From: Bdellovibrionales bacterium
GTDB lineage: Bacteria > Bdellovibrionota > Bdellovibrionia > Bdellovibrionales > JAMPXM01
NCBI GenBank assembly: GCA_043746165.1
Contig: JAYTRM010000191.1
Coordinates: 1 to 46,525 of the forward strand
DNA length: 46,525 nucleotides
Direction: 5' to 3'
Below are positions 17,874-26,539 of the stretch, piece after piece. The position numbers and the translations under genes were made by a program. The notes under the pieces are model-generated. The model was not told where the DNA came from and did not search any database. It was given only the letters and a program-made list of their open reading frames with translations. The number at the start of each line of letters is the position of its first letter. The stretch's first letter is position 1.

Positions 17874-17970
17874 TTTTTATCTCTGCGTTAAAGACTCAGG
17901 CCTGAATTTCGAATCACGTTGAACTCACGTTGAACGTCGGCGAAATCAGCAATGGCTTTGCCGTGCCACA

Positions 17971-18002
17971 ATAAAAAAGCCGCTCTCTAAAAGAGCGGCT
18001 TT
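17971..18002 (-). terminator. intrinsic terminator of lon (possibly bidirectional)
   Basis: AAAGCCGCTCT-5nt-AGAGCGGCTTT hairpin, running into a T6 tract on the minus strand. Confidence 0.88.
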
Positions 18003-18028
18003 GGTGAGCGTCGGGTCGGCGCGGCCGG

Positions 18029-20449
18029 TTAAGCGGCTGACGCTGCTGCCGCGTCCTTCGGCTTTTTTCCGCCTTTGTTGGTCGGACCGGTGCGCTTGCT
18101 CTTACCTAGTTTCTCTTCGAGGGCGAGAGCGAGAACTTCGTCCAAATGCTCAACAAAAATGAAGGTCAGTTGCTTTTTGAATTCTTCCGGAATCTCCGCG
18201 ACATCCTTTTGGTTTTGGAAAGGAACGATCACGGTCTTCACACCCTGCTGCAAGGCCGCAAGGGCTTTTTCTTTTATTCCGCCAATCGGCAGTACCCGGC
18301 CTTGAAGAGTCACCTCTCCCGTCATGGCGACATCGGCGCGAACCGGGGTGTCGGTCATTAAACTGATCAGTGCCGTAGCCATCGTGATACCCGCTGACGG
18401 TCCATCTTTAGGAATCGAACCGGCCGGCATGTGGATGTGGACCGTCCAGTTTTCGCTCCAGTCCTCGGGAATGCCGAAGTCTTTCGCGTTGGCGCGAGCG
18501 TAGCTCATTGCTGCCGTCGCAGATTCTTTCATGACGTCGCCCATTTGACCGGTGAGTACCAGGCCGCCTTTACCCTTCATTTTGAGGGCTTCGACGTACA
18601 GAACTTCTCCGCCCGCTTGGGTCCATGCAAGACCCGTCGCGATACCGATTTGATTCTCTTTGAGTTTCTCGTCGCGCAAATATTTTGGCGCACCCAGGAG
18701 TTCAGAGACTTTATCAGCCGTGATCACAATTTTCTCTTTGTTGCCGATCACTTTCATTTTAGCGACCTTGCGGCACAAAGACCCGACCTCGCGCTCCAAG
18801 TTTCTGAGACCCGCTTCGCGAGTGTAGTGACCGATGAGGTATTTTAGACCGTCATCTGTAAACTCGATCTCTTGATCATTGATCCCGTTATTTTCCATCT
18901 GTCTTTCGAGCAAATGTTTTTTCGTGATCAACAACTTATCATTCTCTGTGTATCCCGAGATGTGGATGAGCTCCATTCGATCGCGAAGAGCGGCGGGAAT
19001 ATTTTCCACCACGTTTGCTGTCGCGATAAAGAGAGCGTTGCTCAAGTTGAAGTCGACGTTGAGGTAGTTATCTCGGAACGCGTGGTTCTGTTCGGGGTCG
19101 AGAACCTCGAGCATCGCTGCCGACGGATCACCGCGGAAATCTGAGCCGAGTTTGTCGATCTCATCTAACACGATCACTGGATTATTGGTTTTAATCTGTT
19201 TCAGTGCCTGCACGACTTTTCCGGGCATGGCGCCGACATACGTACGGCGATGACCGCGAATTTCGGCTTCATCCTTCACTCCACCGAGAGCGATCCGGAA
19301 GTATTCGCGTCCCATCGAGCGGGCGATCGATTTACCGAGCGAAGTTTTTCCCACCCCTGGAGGTCCGCAGAAACACAGGATCGGACCTTTGAGATCTTTG
19401 GGCTTAAGCTTCCGAACCGCAAGGAATTCAAGGATACGATCTTTCACTTTGTTTAAGTCATAATGATCATCATCAAGAATTTGCTGCGCGTGATTGATGT
19501 CGAGATTGTCCTCAGAATGCTTGTTCCATGGCAGATCGACCATCCAGTCGAGGTACGTACGAACCATCGAGGCTTCAGACGCATCAGGATGCATCCTCTC
19601 GAGGCGCCCAAGCTGTTTCAAAGCTTCGGTTAAAACTGTCTCGGGCATCCCGGCGTCGGTGATTTTCTGACGGAGTTCTTCCATCTCTTCACCTTTGGAA
19701 TCTTGCTCACCAAGCTCAGACTTTATAGCGCGCATTTGCTCGCGCAAGAAGTACTCACGCTGTGATTTTGACATTTCGTCTTTAGCCGTGTTGCGAATGC
19801 GGGCTTGCATCTGCAGGACTTCAAGTTCATTAGCTAAGATTTCATTTACCAATTGCAAGCGCTGCTTCGGCTGCGAAGTCTCGAGCACTCGTTGCGCGTC
19901 TGAGACTTTAAGTCCGAGGTTCGAAGCAATCAAATCCGCGAGGCGACCCGGATCTGTGACGTCATCGAGAATCAAAAGAATATCCGGCGACAGCATGCGG
20001 CCGAGCGCGATGATTTTCTCGAGTTGTTCGCGGGCATTGCGAATCATCGCTTCGTACTCCACCGGAGCCCCGGGAAGTTCAGAGTCAGCGACTTTTTCAA
20101 CGGCGACTTCGAAGTTCGGCGACGATTTCAAATAGCGTTTGATGCGCCCTTTGGCTTCGCCTTGGATGAGGATCTTCACCCGGCCATCCGCGAGTTTGCG
20201 CATGCGCATGATCCGCGCGATCGTGCCAGTGGTGTAGATGGTCTCTTCCGTCGGATTCTCTTCGGTGATCTCTTTTTGAGAGGCCAGAAAGATAAGACGG
20301 TTTTTCGCCAGCGCCTCTTCGACCGAGCGGATCGAAGCCTCTCGCCCAACAAAGAGCGGAAGAATCATGTACGGGAATACGACAATGTCGCGTACAGGAA
20401 GCATTGGAAGAGTTTCAGGGATCTCGGTCACTTTATCGTCAAAAGCCAT
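18029..20449 (-). CDS. lon: ATP-dependent protease La
   Basis: Lon N-domain, GPPGVGKTS, HRRTYVGAMPG, PKDGPSAG (catalytic Ser), GGIKEK. Confidence 0.99.
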   Translation of the reverse strand: MAFDDKVTEIPETLPMLPVRDIVVFPYMILPLFVGREASIRSVEEALAKNRLIFLASQKEITEENPTEETIYTTGTIARIMRMRKLADGRVKILIQGEAKGRIKRYLKSSPNFEVAVEKVADSELPGAPVEYEAMIRNAREQLEKIIALGRMLSPDILLILDDVTDPGRLADLIASNLGLKVSDAQRVLETSQPKQRLQLVNEILANELEVLQMQARIRNTAKDEMSKSQREYFLREQMRAIKSELGEQDSKGEEMEELRQKITDAGMPETVLTEALKQLGRLERMHPDASEASMVRTYLDWMVDLPWNKHSEDNLDINHAQQILDDDHYDLNKVKDRILEFLAVRKLKPKDLKGPILCFCGPPGVGKTSLGKSIARSMGREYFRIALGGVKDEAEIRGHRRTYVGAMPGKVVQALKQIKTNNPVIVLDEIDKLGSDFRGDPSAAMLEVLDPEQNHAFRDNYLNVDFNLSNALFIATANVVENIPAALRDRMELIHISGYTENDKLLITKKHLLERQMENNGINDQEIEFTDDGLKYLIGHYTREAGLRNLEREVGSLCRKVAKMKVIGNKEKIVITADKVSELLGAPKYLRDEKLKENQIGIATGLAWTQAGGEVLYVEALKMKGKGGLVLTGQMGDVMKESATAAMSYARANAKDFGIPEDWSENWTVHIHMPAGSIPKDGPSAGITMATALISLMTDTPVRADVAMTGEVTLQGRVLPIGGIKEKALAALQQGVKTVIVPFQNQKDVAEIPEEFKKQLTFIFVEHLDEVLALALEEKLGKSKRTGPTNKGGKKPKDAAAASAA

Positions 20450-20482
20450 TTGTTCCCCCGACAGGAGTTGCTTGCTTCATAC

Positions 20483-20510
20483 TTGTCGGCCTGCAAATGC
20501 TTGGGCTTTA
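20483..20510 (-). promoter_or_regulatory. sigma28 (FliA)-like promoter upstream of lon
   Basis: TAAA-N16-GCCGACAA on the minus strand, ~35 bp before the ATG. Confidence 0.55.
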
Positions 20511-20791
20511 AGGGCGGGGAGCGTCGAAAAGGTCCGGAAATAGCGAAAAAGTACCTGAATTGTGTGCTCTTTTTGAGATTTTTCAAAAATCAGAGCAAAA
20601 GTCTAACCCGCGGAAAACCAGTCTCCTAGCCCTTCTGATTGACCTTATGGGCTGGTTAAGATCGTCCCTATAACGAAAGCATTGATCAATATAGTGAAGA
20701 TGGTGTGACTGTAAAACCGATTTCAAAATCACTGGATAAGGGCTCTGTGAAGCCCTCTGAAGACTCTCGCGTCTTTGGGAATCAGCTGAAC

Positions 20792-21151
20792 TTAAGCAAA
20801 CAATCGCTCTTTATTTTCTTGTTCTTCTTTGCAGGCGACGCAAAGAGTAGCAACTGGACGCGCCTTGAGTCGAGCAACATGGAGTGGTTCTTCACACTGC
20901 TCGCAGAGGCCAAATGAGCCCTCTTCGAACTTGCTCAATGCCCGATCAATTTTTTGTAAGAGCTGAGTTTCTCTTTCACGTAGCCTGAGACTTAAACTCA
21001 GACTCACCTCAGAAACAGCTAAGTCACCCTCATCCCCTTGAGAGGTGCTTTCGACTGTCGCTGCCGTCTTAAAGAAATCAGACTTATTGAGAATCTCTGA
21101 TTTTTGACCCAGAAGAAGTTCTTTGAAAAACTGAAGCTCGTTTGCTCTCAT
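20792..21151 (-). CDS. dksA: DksA/TraR family protein, C4 zinc finger
   Basis: Coiled-coil tip DEGDLA (DxxDxA), CEQC...RLKARP.ATLCVAC. Confidence 0.9.
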   Translation of the reverse strand: MRANELQFFKELLLGQKSEILNKSDFFKTAATVESTSQGDEGDLAVSEVSLSLSLRLRERETQLLQKIDRALSKFEEGSFGLCEQCEEPLHVARLKARPVATLCVACKEEQENKERLFA

Positions 21152-21198
21152 CGTTGGTAGCCCCTCTGCAGATGATTAAAAACTAAGCACAACTTTGC

Positions 21199-21215
21199 GA
21201 GAAAGAATCTTTCTC
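21199..21215. promoter_or_regulatory. perfect 8-1-8 palindrome, candidate operator upstream of the C4 dksA
   Basis: GAGAAAGA-A-TCTTTCTC. Confidence 0.45.
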
Positions 21216-21462
21216 AGTACAGGTTTTGTAAGCTTCTAAGGGTGACGGGGAAAGTTTGCAATAAAAAAATTACACTGCCCAATTCTTCCGCAGAGTGTGA
21301 AACCACGCGAGATTTTGAATATTAGGTGATTTTGAAGGTTCCTCAATTTGCCCAATTCTATTAAGCCGGATCGTCAGAATCGCGCGAATCAGGCAGTGCC
21401 CCGAAAAAAAGGTCCTGGGCACTGTAATTTTCTGTCTTAAGAATCTGTCAGCCGGCGACGGA

Positions 21463-21849
21463 TTAAGGGCGAGCAAACTTGCGGCGTACCGCTTCGCGAA
21501 TTTCGGCGCCCTCAATACTCAGACGAGTCCAGGGAATCGCGCGCAAGCGCTCGACTTCAATTTGTTCTTCAGTCTCTTCGCAAGTTCCGTAAGTTCCGCT
21601 CTGAATGCGAGACAGGGCAAAATCAATTTCCATGAGGAGCTCGCGCAGACGTTGCTGAGAAGCGAGAAAGTCATGTTCTGCCAAAAGTGCCATCGTTTGA
21701 TCGGCCTCGTCACCACCACTTTTGTCGAGCGTTTCAAACTCTGAGCGCTGCCGACGAACGCGATTGAGTAAGTCCATTCGCGCTTCAAGAAGCTTTGTGC
21801 GGCACTCCTGAATAACAGTTTCGGTGATGGTCCTTGTTAACAACCTCAT
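21463..21849 (-). CDS. DksA/TraR family protein with a degenerate (1-Cys) finger
   Basis: GDEADQT tip, YGTCEETEEQI..ERLRAIPWTRLSIEG; GGGAGGA SD. Confidence 0.88.
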   Translation of the reverse strand: MRLLTRTITETVIQECRTKLLEARMDLLNRVRRQRSEFETLDKSGGDEADQTMALLAEHDFLASQQRLRELLMEIDFALSRIQSGTYGTCEETEEQIEVERLRAIPWTRLSIEGAEIREAVRRKFARP

Positions 21850-21851
21850 AA

Positions 21852-21995
21852 AACGGTCCTCCCTTCTATTAGATTAACGACGCTGCGGCAGTTTCGGCCC
21901 CGCCTTTCGTCCTCACTTTCGCGCCCTTCGCGAGAAGTTGAACGATAGGACCTTCTTCGGGGGAGGAGCGGTTAGAACAGGCGGTGGAATTATCT
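21852..21995. other. candidate structured leader or sRNA upstream of the 1-Cys dksA
   Basis: GC-rich block with nested stems and a 7-nt exact complement of the SD. Confidence 0.4.
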
Positions 21996-22126
21996 ATTCA
22001 ATATTTTGATGGAAACTATAGGTTGGATTGAGGAATTTGATGTTTCTTTGTCCCGAATAATTTCCGGTCAATGATTTTAGCTAGTTATAACGCTTTGGCA
22101 GGGAGTAGAAGGATGACAGATTACCC

Positions 22127-22156
22127 TTGCCTCAATTGTACGCAATAGCGTATAGT
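22127..22156 (+). promoter_or_regulatory. TA operon promoter with overlapping palindromic operator
   Basis: TTGCCT-N18-TATAGT; TGTACGC-AATA-GCGTATA palindrome overlaps the -10. Confidence 0.65.
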
Positions 22157-22176
22157 CAGAAATAAGCGGAGGTCTC

Positions 22177-22491
22177 TTGAATCTTGCTTTTACCATCCTA
22201 AAAACCAATCACTTCACCGATTGGTTCGAGGAGCAAGACAAAGAGACTCAGGCGAGGGTGCAGATCCGTCTGGATCGAATCGCGATCGACGGTCATTTTG
22301 GCGTTACGAATTTCTTTGATGGAATCACGGAGCTGAAGTGGAAATCAGGCCTTCGCGTTTATACGGCCCGCTTAGGCGGAGTCGTGATTGTAATTTTAGC
22401 TGGAGGAACAAAACATGGCCAAAGTAGAGACATCAAAAAAGCAAAAAAGCTCCTTGAAGAAGTCAAAGGCAGTGGTTTTACATCCTCATAA
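22177..22491 (+). CDS. type II TA toxin, RelE/ParE superfamily (addiction module killer type)
   Basis: F..WF...D....RV..RL.RI...GHFG, ITELKWKSGLRVY, ILAGGTK..QSRDIKKA; TTG start with GGAGG SD. Confidence 0.88.
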   Translation: MNLAFTILKTNHFTDWFEEQDKETQARVQIRLDRIAIDGHFGVTNFFDGITELKWKSGLRVYTARLGGVVIVILAGGTKHGQSRDIKKAKKLLEEVKGSGFTSS

Positions 22492-22735
22492 GGTTTTGGA
22501 TGCTGAAATTTTGGATCGTGACACCCTCAAGGCTATTCTGGTCGAGGCGCTGCTTGATGGCGATTTTGAAACGCTGAAGGATGTGCTCGTCACACAGATT
22601 CGGATTCAAAACAAGGCGGAGATTGTCCGCAAATCTAAACTAGGGCGCCAAACCCTTTACGACTTGATTGATGGGAAAAGAGAATTTAATCCTACCGTGA
22701 AAACTTTGAGCAGCTTACTGAAGGCAATTGCCTGA
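22415..22735 (+). CDS. type II TA antitoxin, Cro/XRE HTH (addiction module antidote type)
   Basis: KAEIVRKSKLGRQTLY..REFNPTVKTLSSLLKA; GGAGG SD; overlaps the toxin 3' end by 77 bp. Confidence 0.85.
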   Translation: MAKVETSKKQKSSLKKSKAVVLHPHKVLDAEILDRDTLKAILVEALLDGDFETLKDVLVTQIRIQNKAEIVRKSKLGRQTLYDLIDGKREFNPTVKTLSSLLKAIA

Positions 22736-22760
22736 GGTTACCTGGGCCGGATGACTTGCG

Positions 22761-24755
22761 TTATCTCTTACTCGCAGGGAAGTTAATAATATGCCCATCC
22801 TTAACAGTAAGAGCCTCAACCGGTCGCCGGAACTCTCGGTCTGCGTTGACAGAAATTTTACCTAGAGCTCCTTGCGCACCATCAAGATGGGCCATCTTAT
22901 TTCGCAAAGATACGCGATTGGTTTCACCTGATTCGATCAACTGGCGAAGAATCAACGCCGAGTCATACGCCTGAACTTCGGTCAGGCCCGGCTCTTCTTC
23001 GAAAACGTCTTTGAAGTTGGCGAAGAAGTGAGAATTGACGAACGTCGGATCGGTCGCAAGGTAGCTATCGACAAAAACCGCGTTCTCGACAAAGCGCTGG
23101 CCGCGTGAAATGAGGCTCGGGCTGTTCCAAATATTGGTGCCGAGTAGGCGCGTGCCGTTGACGTTATTGTAAGCGAGCATCGGCGCAATTTGGCCAGCGG
23201 CGCGAGCATCATCGGGAATGAAAACCGCGTCAAAGTCGGCCACCGGTGAGAGCAAATCTTCAGGTGCGGGAGGAGCTTTACGGGCGGAAAGTTTCGGATT
23301 TTTCTCGGACCAGGCTTTGCTGACGAGGCGATATTCATCCAGGCGGTCTTCGAGGTAGTAAGTGCCGATTAAACGCTGCACGGGCGCGCGGAAGTCCGTC
23401 TCTTTAGTATCGTAAGGCTGCGCGCCGGTGATTTCGCCGCCGTGCGAGCGCACTTCATCCCAGAATAAATTGGCGAATTCGATGCCGTAAGCATCATTGG
23501 GATAAAGAATCGCAAAAGAATGAAGACTTAGTTTCCCCATCGCGGTTTCGACAAGGGCTTGAATCTGCATTTGGCTGGTGAGCGAGTTCCGAAAAATTGA
23601 ATCGCCAGCTTGCGTGATGCCCGATTTTTGCGTGAGCATGATCGTCGGAACTCCGAATTCTTGGGCCTTCGCGCCTTCAGCGATCGCAGTCTTGCTGAGC
23701 AAACCGCCGATGATGGCGATCGCCCCGTCTTCTTCAACCAGACGCTCGATCGCGCGGCGGGCGCCGTCGGGGCTACCTTCGCTATCGACCACCGCGAGCT
23801 TAAAGGGGGTTTTGCTGGATTCGGATCTTCCCGTCCCGAAAATTCCCAAGGCCAATTGAATTCCCCGCAAGGCTTTGTAGCCGATTTTAGCTTGTTGACC
23901 CGAGAGGGGCAGGACAACGCCGATTGTGTGTGGGTCGATGTGATTACGAGATTCGAGTTGCTGCAAGTAGGCCTTGGATCGATCGGCGAGGTCAGTTCCT
24001 GGAACGAGAGAAATCACGCCCGTAAAGGCCTCGTGGGCGTGCGCGAACTGCTGCTGCTCAAGCGACAATACGCCATAACGAAACTTCGCCACCGGCTGAA
24101 TGAACGAGTAGCGCGAGCTGCCGGCCACTTCGCGAAGATCGTCTTCACCGAGGCGTGCTTCGACCACTTCTTGCGCGATTGACTTGTAACGGTCGCGATC
24201 GGTAGGCGCCGTCGCTTGTTCAGATAAGGTAATGATTGCTTTCAGGCCCGGAAGATAGCGTTTCTGGGCGATGAGAGATTCAGCGCGTAGGCTCTCAGCC
24301 TCGATAAGATTCTCGGCTGATGGATTTTTCCACTGCGTGGCGCGGTCAAGTGTCTTTTCAGCCTCAAGCGCGTCGCCGTGTTTGAGTTGAATTTTCGCCG
24401 CCGCGATCGTTGCTGCCGGTTCGAGGGGTGTCGCGACCGGAAGTGCAAGGATTGCTTTAAAATTCACGAGCGCTTCCGCATCGTGCTGTTCGTTGAGATT
24501 CATTTCCGCCATCAAGTAATAGGCGTTGGCCGTGAGATCCGAAACTGGCGCCTGTCCGACGAAGGCCTTCAGGCGTGGCATCGCGTGTTTGTAATCGCCG
24601 GCCTTGGCCATGGCCTCAGCTGCGCGATAATTTTTTTCGACGTCGGGAGCTGCATGTTGCGCCGGTTGACGAACGGGAGCCGAAGCCGAACAGGAACAGA
24701 CACCAAGGAGCATGATGATGGGAATTTGCGAAAACCAATTCATGGACACCATCAT
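22761..24755 (-). CDS. penicillin-binding protein activator LpoA/LppC-like lipoprotein (TPR plus periplasmic-binding-protein fold)
   Basis: Lipobox-like LGVC/SC, TPR-like helical N-half, [26 protein letters not shown]. Confidence 0.8.
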   Translation of the reverse strand: MMVSMNWFSQIPIIMLLGVCSCSASAPVRQPAQHAAPDVEKNYRAAEAMAKAGDYKHAMPRLKAFVGQAPVSDLTANAYYLMAEMNLNEQHDAEALVNFKAILALPVATPLEPAATIAAAKIQLKHGDALEAEKTLDRATQWKNPSAENLIEAESLRAESLIAQKRYLPGLKAIITLSEQATAPTDRDRYKSIAQEVVEARLGEDDLREVAGSSRYSFIQPVAKFRYGVLSLEQQQFAHAHEAFTGVISLVPGTDLADRSKAYLQQLESRNHIDPHTIGVVLPLSGQQAKIGYKALRGIQLALGIFGTGRSESSKTPFKLAVVDSEGSPDGARRAIERLVEEDGAIAIIGGLLSKTAIAEGAKAQEFGVPTIMLTQKSGITQAGDSIFRNSLTSQMQIQALVETAMGKLSLHSFAILYPNDAYGIEFANLFWDEVRSHGGEITGAQPYDTKETDFRAPVQRLIGTYYLEDRLDEYRLVSKAWSEKNPKLSARKAPPAPEDLLSPVADFDAVFIPDDARAAGQIAPMLAYNNVNGTRLLGTNIWNSPSLISRGQRFVENAVFVDSYLATDPTFVNSHFFANFKDVFEEEPGLTEVQAYDSALILRQLIESGETNRVSLRNKMAHLDGAQGALGKISVNADREFRRPVEALTVKDGHIINFPASKR

Positions 24756-25819
24756 TTCTTGGTTTTAAGTAATCTGTCTACCTTGTCATTGTACGCCTTG
24801 ATCAAAGGACTGGGCTTGAGCGTGCTTGAGAATTTTTTGAGCAAATCGCGCTGTTCGTCGGTCAATTCTCTCGGCACATCGATGACGACTCGCACCAACA
24901 AATCACCAGTTCCCGGACCGCTGACTGACGCAAACCCTTTTCCCTTTAAGCGAAAAACTTGGCCTGCCGGCGTAAAAGCAGGAATTTTCAACGAGGCTTT
25001 TCCCGTTAACGTTGGAACATCAGCGCTTGTGCCGAAAACCGCATCTTGATAGCTGAGGGGAAGATCCAGGTGAACATCGTCATCCACGCGTCGAAAGACC
25101 GGATGCTCTTGAATGTTGATGATGACGTAGAGATCGCCCGCGACTCCGCCGGCTCCGCTATCACCCTCTCCACGGATTTTGAGACGCTGGCCAGCCTTAA
25201 CGCCAGCTGGAACCGTAATTGCCAACTTGGCCGGATCTTCTTTACCTGCTCTCTGGCGAATGAAGCTGATCGTTTTCTCTGCTCCGGTCGCGGCTTCTTC
25301 AAAACTGATATTGAGCGTGTAACGGAGATCGGCGCCGCGTCCGCCGCGAGCCTGCCCAGGGCGTTGTGCGCTCGGGCCACCTGGTCTAGGGCCTCCGGCG
25401 GGGCGGCCGTTGAATAAATCGCCGAAAATGTCGCCGAACAAATCCTGAAAGGAAGCATCGGCGCCAGCATTGGCGCCAGAATTGGCGTTAGAGCCAAACC
25501 CGCCAAAGTTTTCAAATCCACCCGGGCCGCCAGTAGCACCTTGCCGAGCGAAGCCTTCGAAAGGATTCCCGGCGCCGGGCTTGAATCCGGCTTGGGCCCC
25601 CATGTGTCCGAATTGGTCATAAGCTTGACGCTTTTGGGGGTCGGATAAAGTTTCGTACGCTTCGCCGAGTTCTTTGAAACGCTCTTCGGCTTTTTTATCG
25701 CCAGGATTTTTGTCAGGGTGATACTGCATCGCGAGTTTGCGAAAAGCTTTTTTCAGCTCGTCGGCTCCGACGCTGCGGTTAACCCCTAAAACTTCGTAAT
25801 AATCACGTTTCGCGGCCAA
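24752..25819 (-). CDS. dnaJ: J-domain chaperone, class B (no zinc finger)
   Basis: [15 protein letters not shown]-rich region and C-terminal domain; no CxxCxGxG repeats. Confidence 0.9.
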   Translation of the reverse strand: MAAKRDYYEVLGVNRSVGADELKKAFRKLAMQYHPDKNPGDKKAEERFKELGEAYETLSDPQKRQAYDQFGHMGAQAGFKPGAGNPFEGFARQGATGGPGGFENFGGFGSNANSGANAGADASFQDLFGDIFGDLFNGRPAGGPRPGGPSAQRPGQARGGRGADLRYTLNISFEEAATGAEKTISFIRQRAGKEDPAKLAITVPAGVKAGQRLKIRGEGDSGAGGVAGDLYVIINIQEHPVFRRVDDDVHLDLPLSYQDAVFGTSADVPTLTGKASLKIPAFTPAGQVFRLKGKGFASVSGPGTGDLLVRVVIDVPRELTDEQRDLLKKFSSTLKPSPLIKAYNDKVDRLLKTKK

Positions 25820-25846
25820 ACCCGAACTCCCCAGTCACATGGGTGA

Positions 25847-26479
25847 CTATGTTTTTGCCTTCGCCCCTGAATTTGCCACGGGCTTTGCCACGACGACTTG
25901 ACCGGGCCGAATCACGCGGTCGTGAAGCTTGTAAGGTTTTTTGAAAACCTGAGTGACTGTCCCCGGAGAATGCGCGTCGGTCTCTTCACTCGTGACGGCT
26001 TCGTGCACGGACGGATCAAAAGGCTGTCCGTGCGACGACACTTCGCTCACGCCGTGACGCAGAAATGTGTTGCGAAACTCGGCTGCCGTCATCTCAATTC
26101 CCTTACGAAAGTTACTCAAGGCTTCGGGACTCACCAGAGACTTCGCTTCGGTACTCAAGGCCGTCTCGAGAATATCGAGTACGCCGAGCAGGTCAGAGAT
26201 CACGCGCTCAGCGCCGTATTTACGAAGATCGGCGCGCTCTTTGATCGCATTTTTTTTGAAATTCTCAAATTCGGCACGAAGATAGAGATACTCATTTTTG
26301 AATTTTTCCGCTTCTTCACGAGCCATCGACAAAGCGTCGGCCCCGCCAGATTTCTGGCCGGAATTCGCTACCGAGCCCGGTCCGTCGGCATCGACAGGCG
26401 TCGCACCCGAGGTGTTAAATTCATCATCACTCAAGCGCTGAGGACCCGAGGTGGTTCCCGCCTTCTCATTTTCATTCAT
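25847..26479 (-). CDS. grpE: nucleotide exchange factor GrpE
   Basis: AEFENFKK, FDPSVHEAV, YKLHDRVIRPGQVVV; ATG26479 with AAGGAG SD. Confidence 0.96.
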   Translation of the reverse strand: MNENEKAGTTSGPQRLSDDEFNTSGATPVDADGPGSVANSGQKSGGADALSMAREEAEKFKNEYLYLRAEFENFKKNAIKERADLRKYGAERVISDLLGVLDILETALSTEAKSLVSPEALSNFRKGIEMTAAEFRNTFLRHGVSEVSSHGQPFDPSVHEAVTSEETDAHSPGTVTQVFKKPYKLHDRVIRPGQVVVAKPVANSGAKAKT

Positions 26480-26509
26480 ATCGGCTCCTTTTAGCAATCG
26501 AGCATCATC

Positions 26510-26537
26510 ATTATGGGTTCGCTTAGCGGCTTGTCAA
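26510..26537 (-). promoter_or_regulatory. grpE promoter (sigma70- and/or sigma32-like)
   Basis: TTGACA-N16-CATAAT; the -10 also reads CCCATAAT. Confidence 0.6.
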
Positions 26538-26539
26538 TT

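Noticed and set aside
20705-21515. Small ORFs 20705-20917 and 21270-21515 around the dksA genes
   Set aside because: Overlap real genes, with no convincing SD or motif
21898-21987. Hammerhead-like GTGAGGACGAAA on the minus strand with partial stems II and III
   Set aside because: Core reads CCGAAGA plus extra bases, the cleavage-site base would be G and stem I cannot form
22084-22091. GTTATAAC palindrome as a possible Zur box for the 1-Cys dksA
   Set aside because: Only 8 bp, lacks the full inverted repeat and lies ~235 bp from the start codon
26491-26499. CIRCE half-site-like GATTGCTAA upstream of grpE
   Set aside because: No matching left arm 9 bp away, and no hrcA in the window
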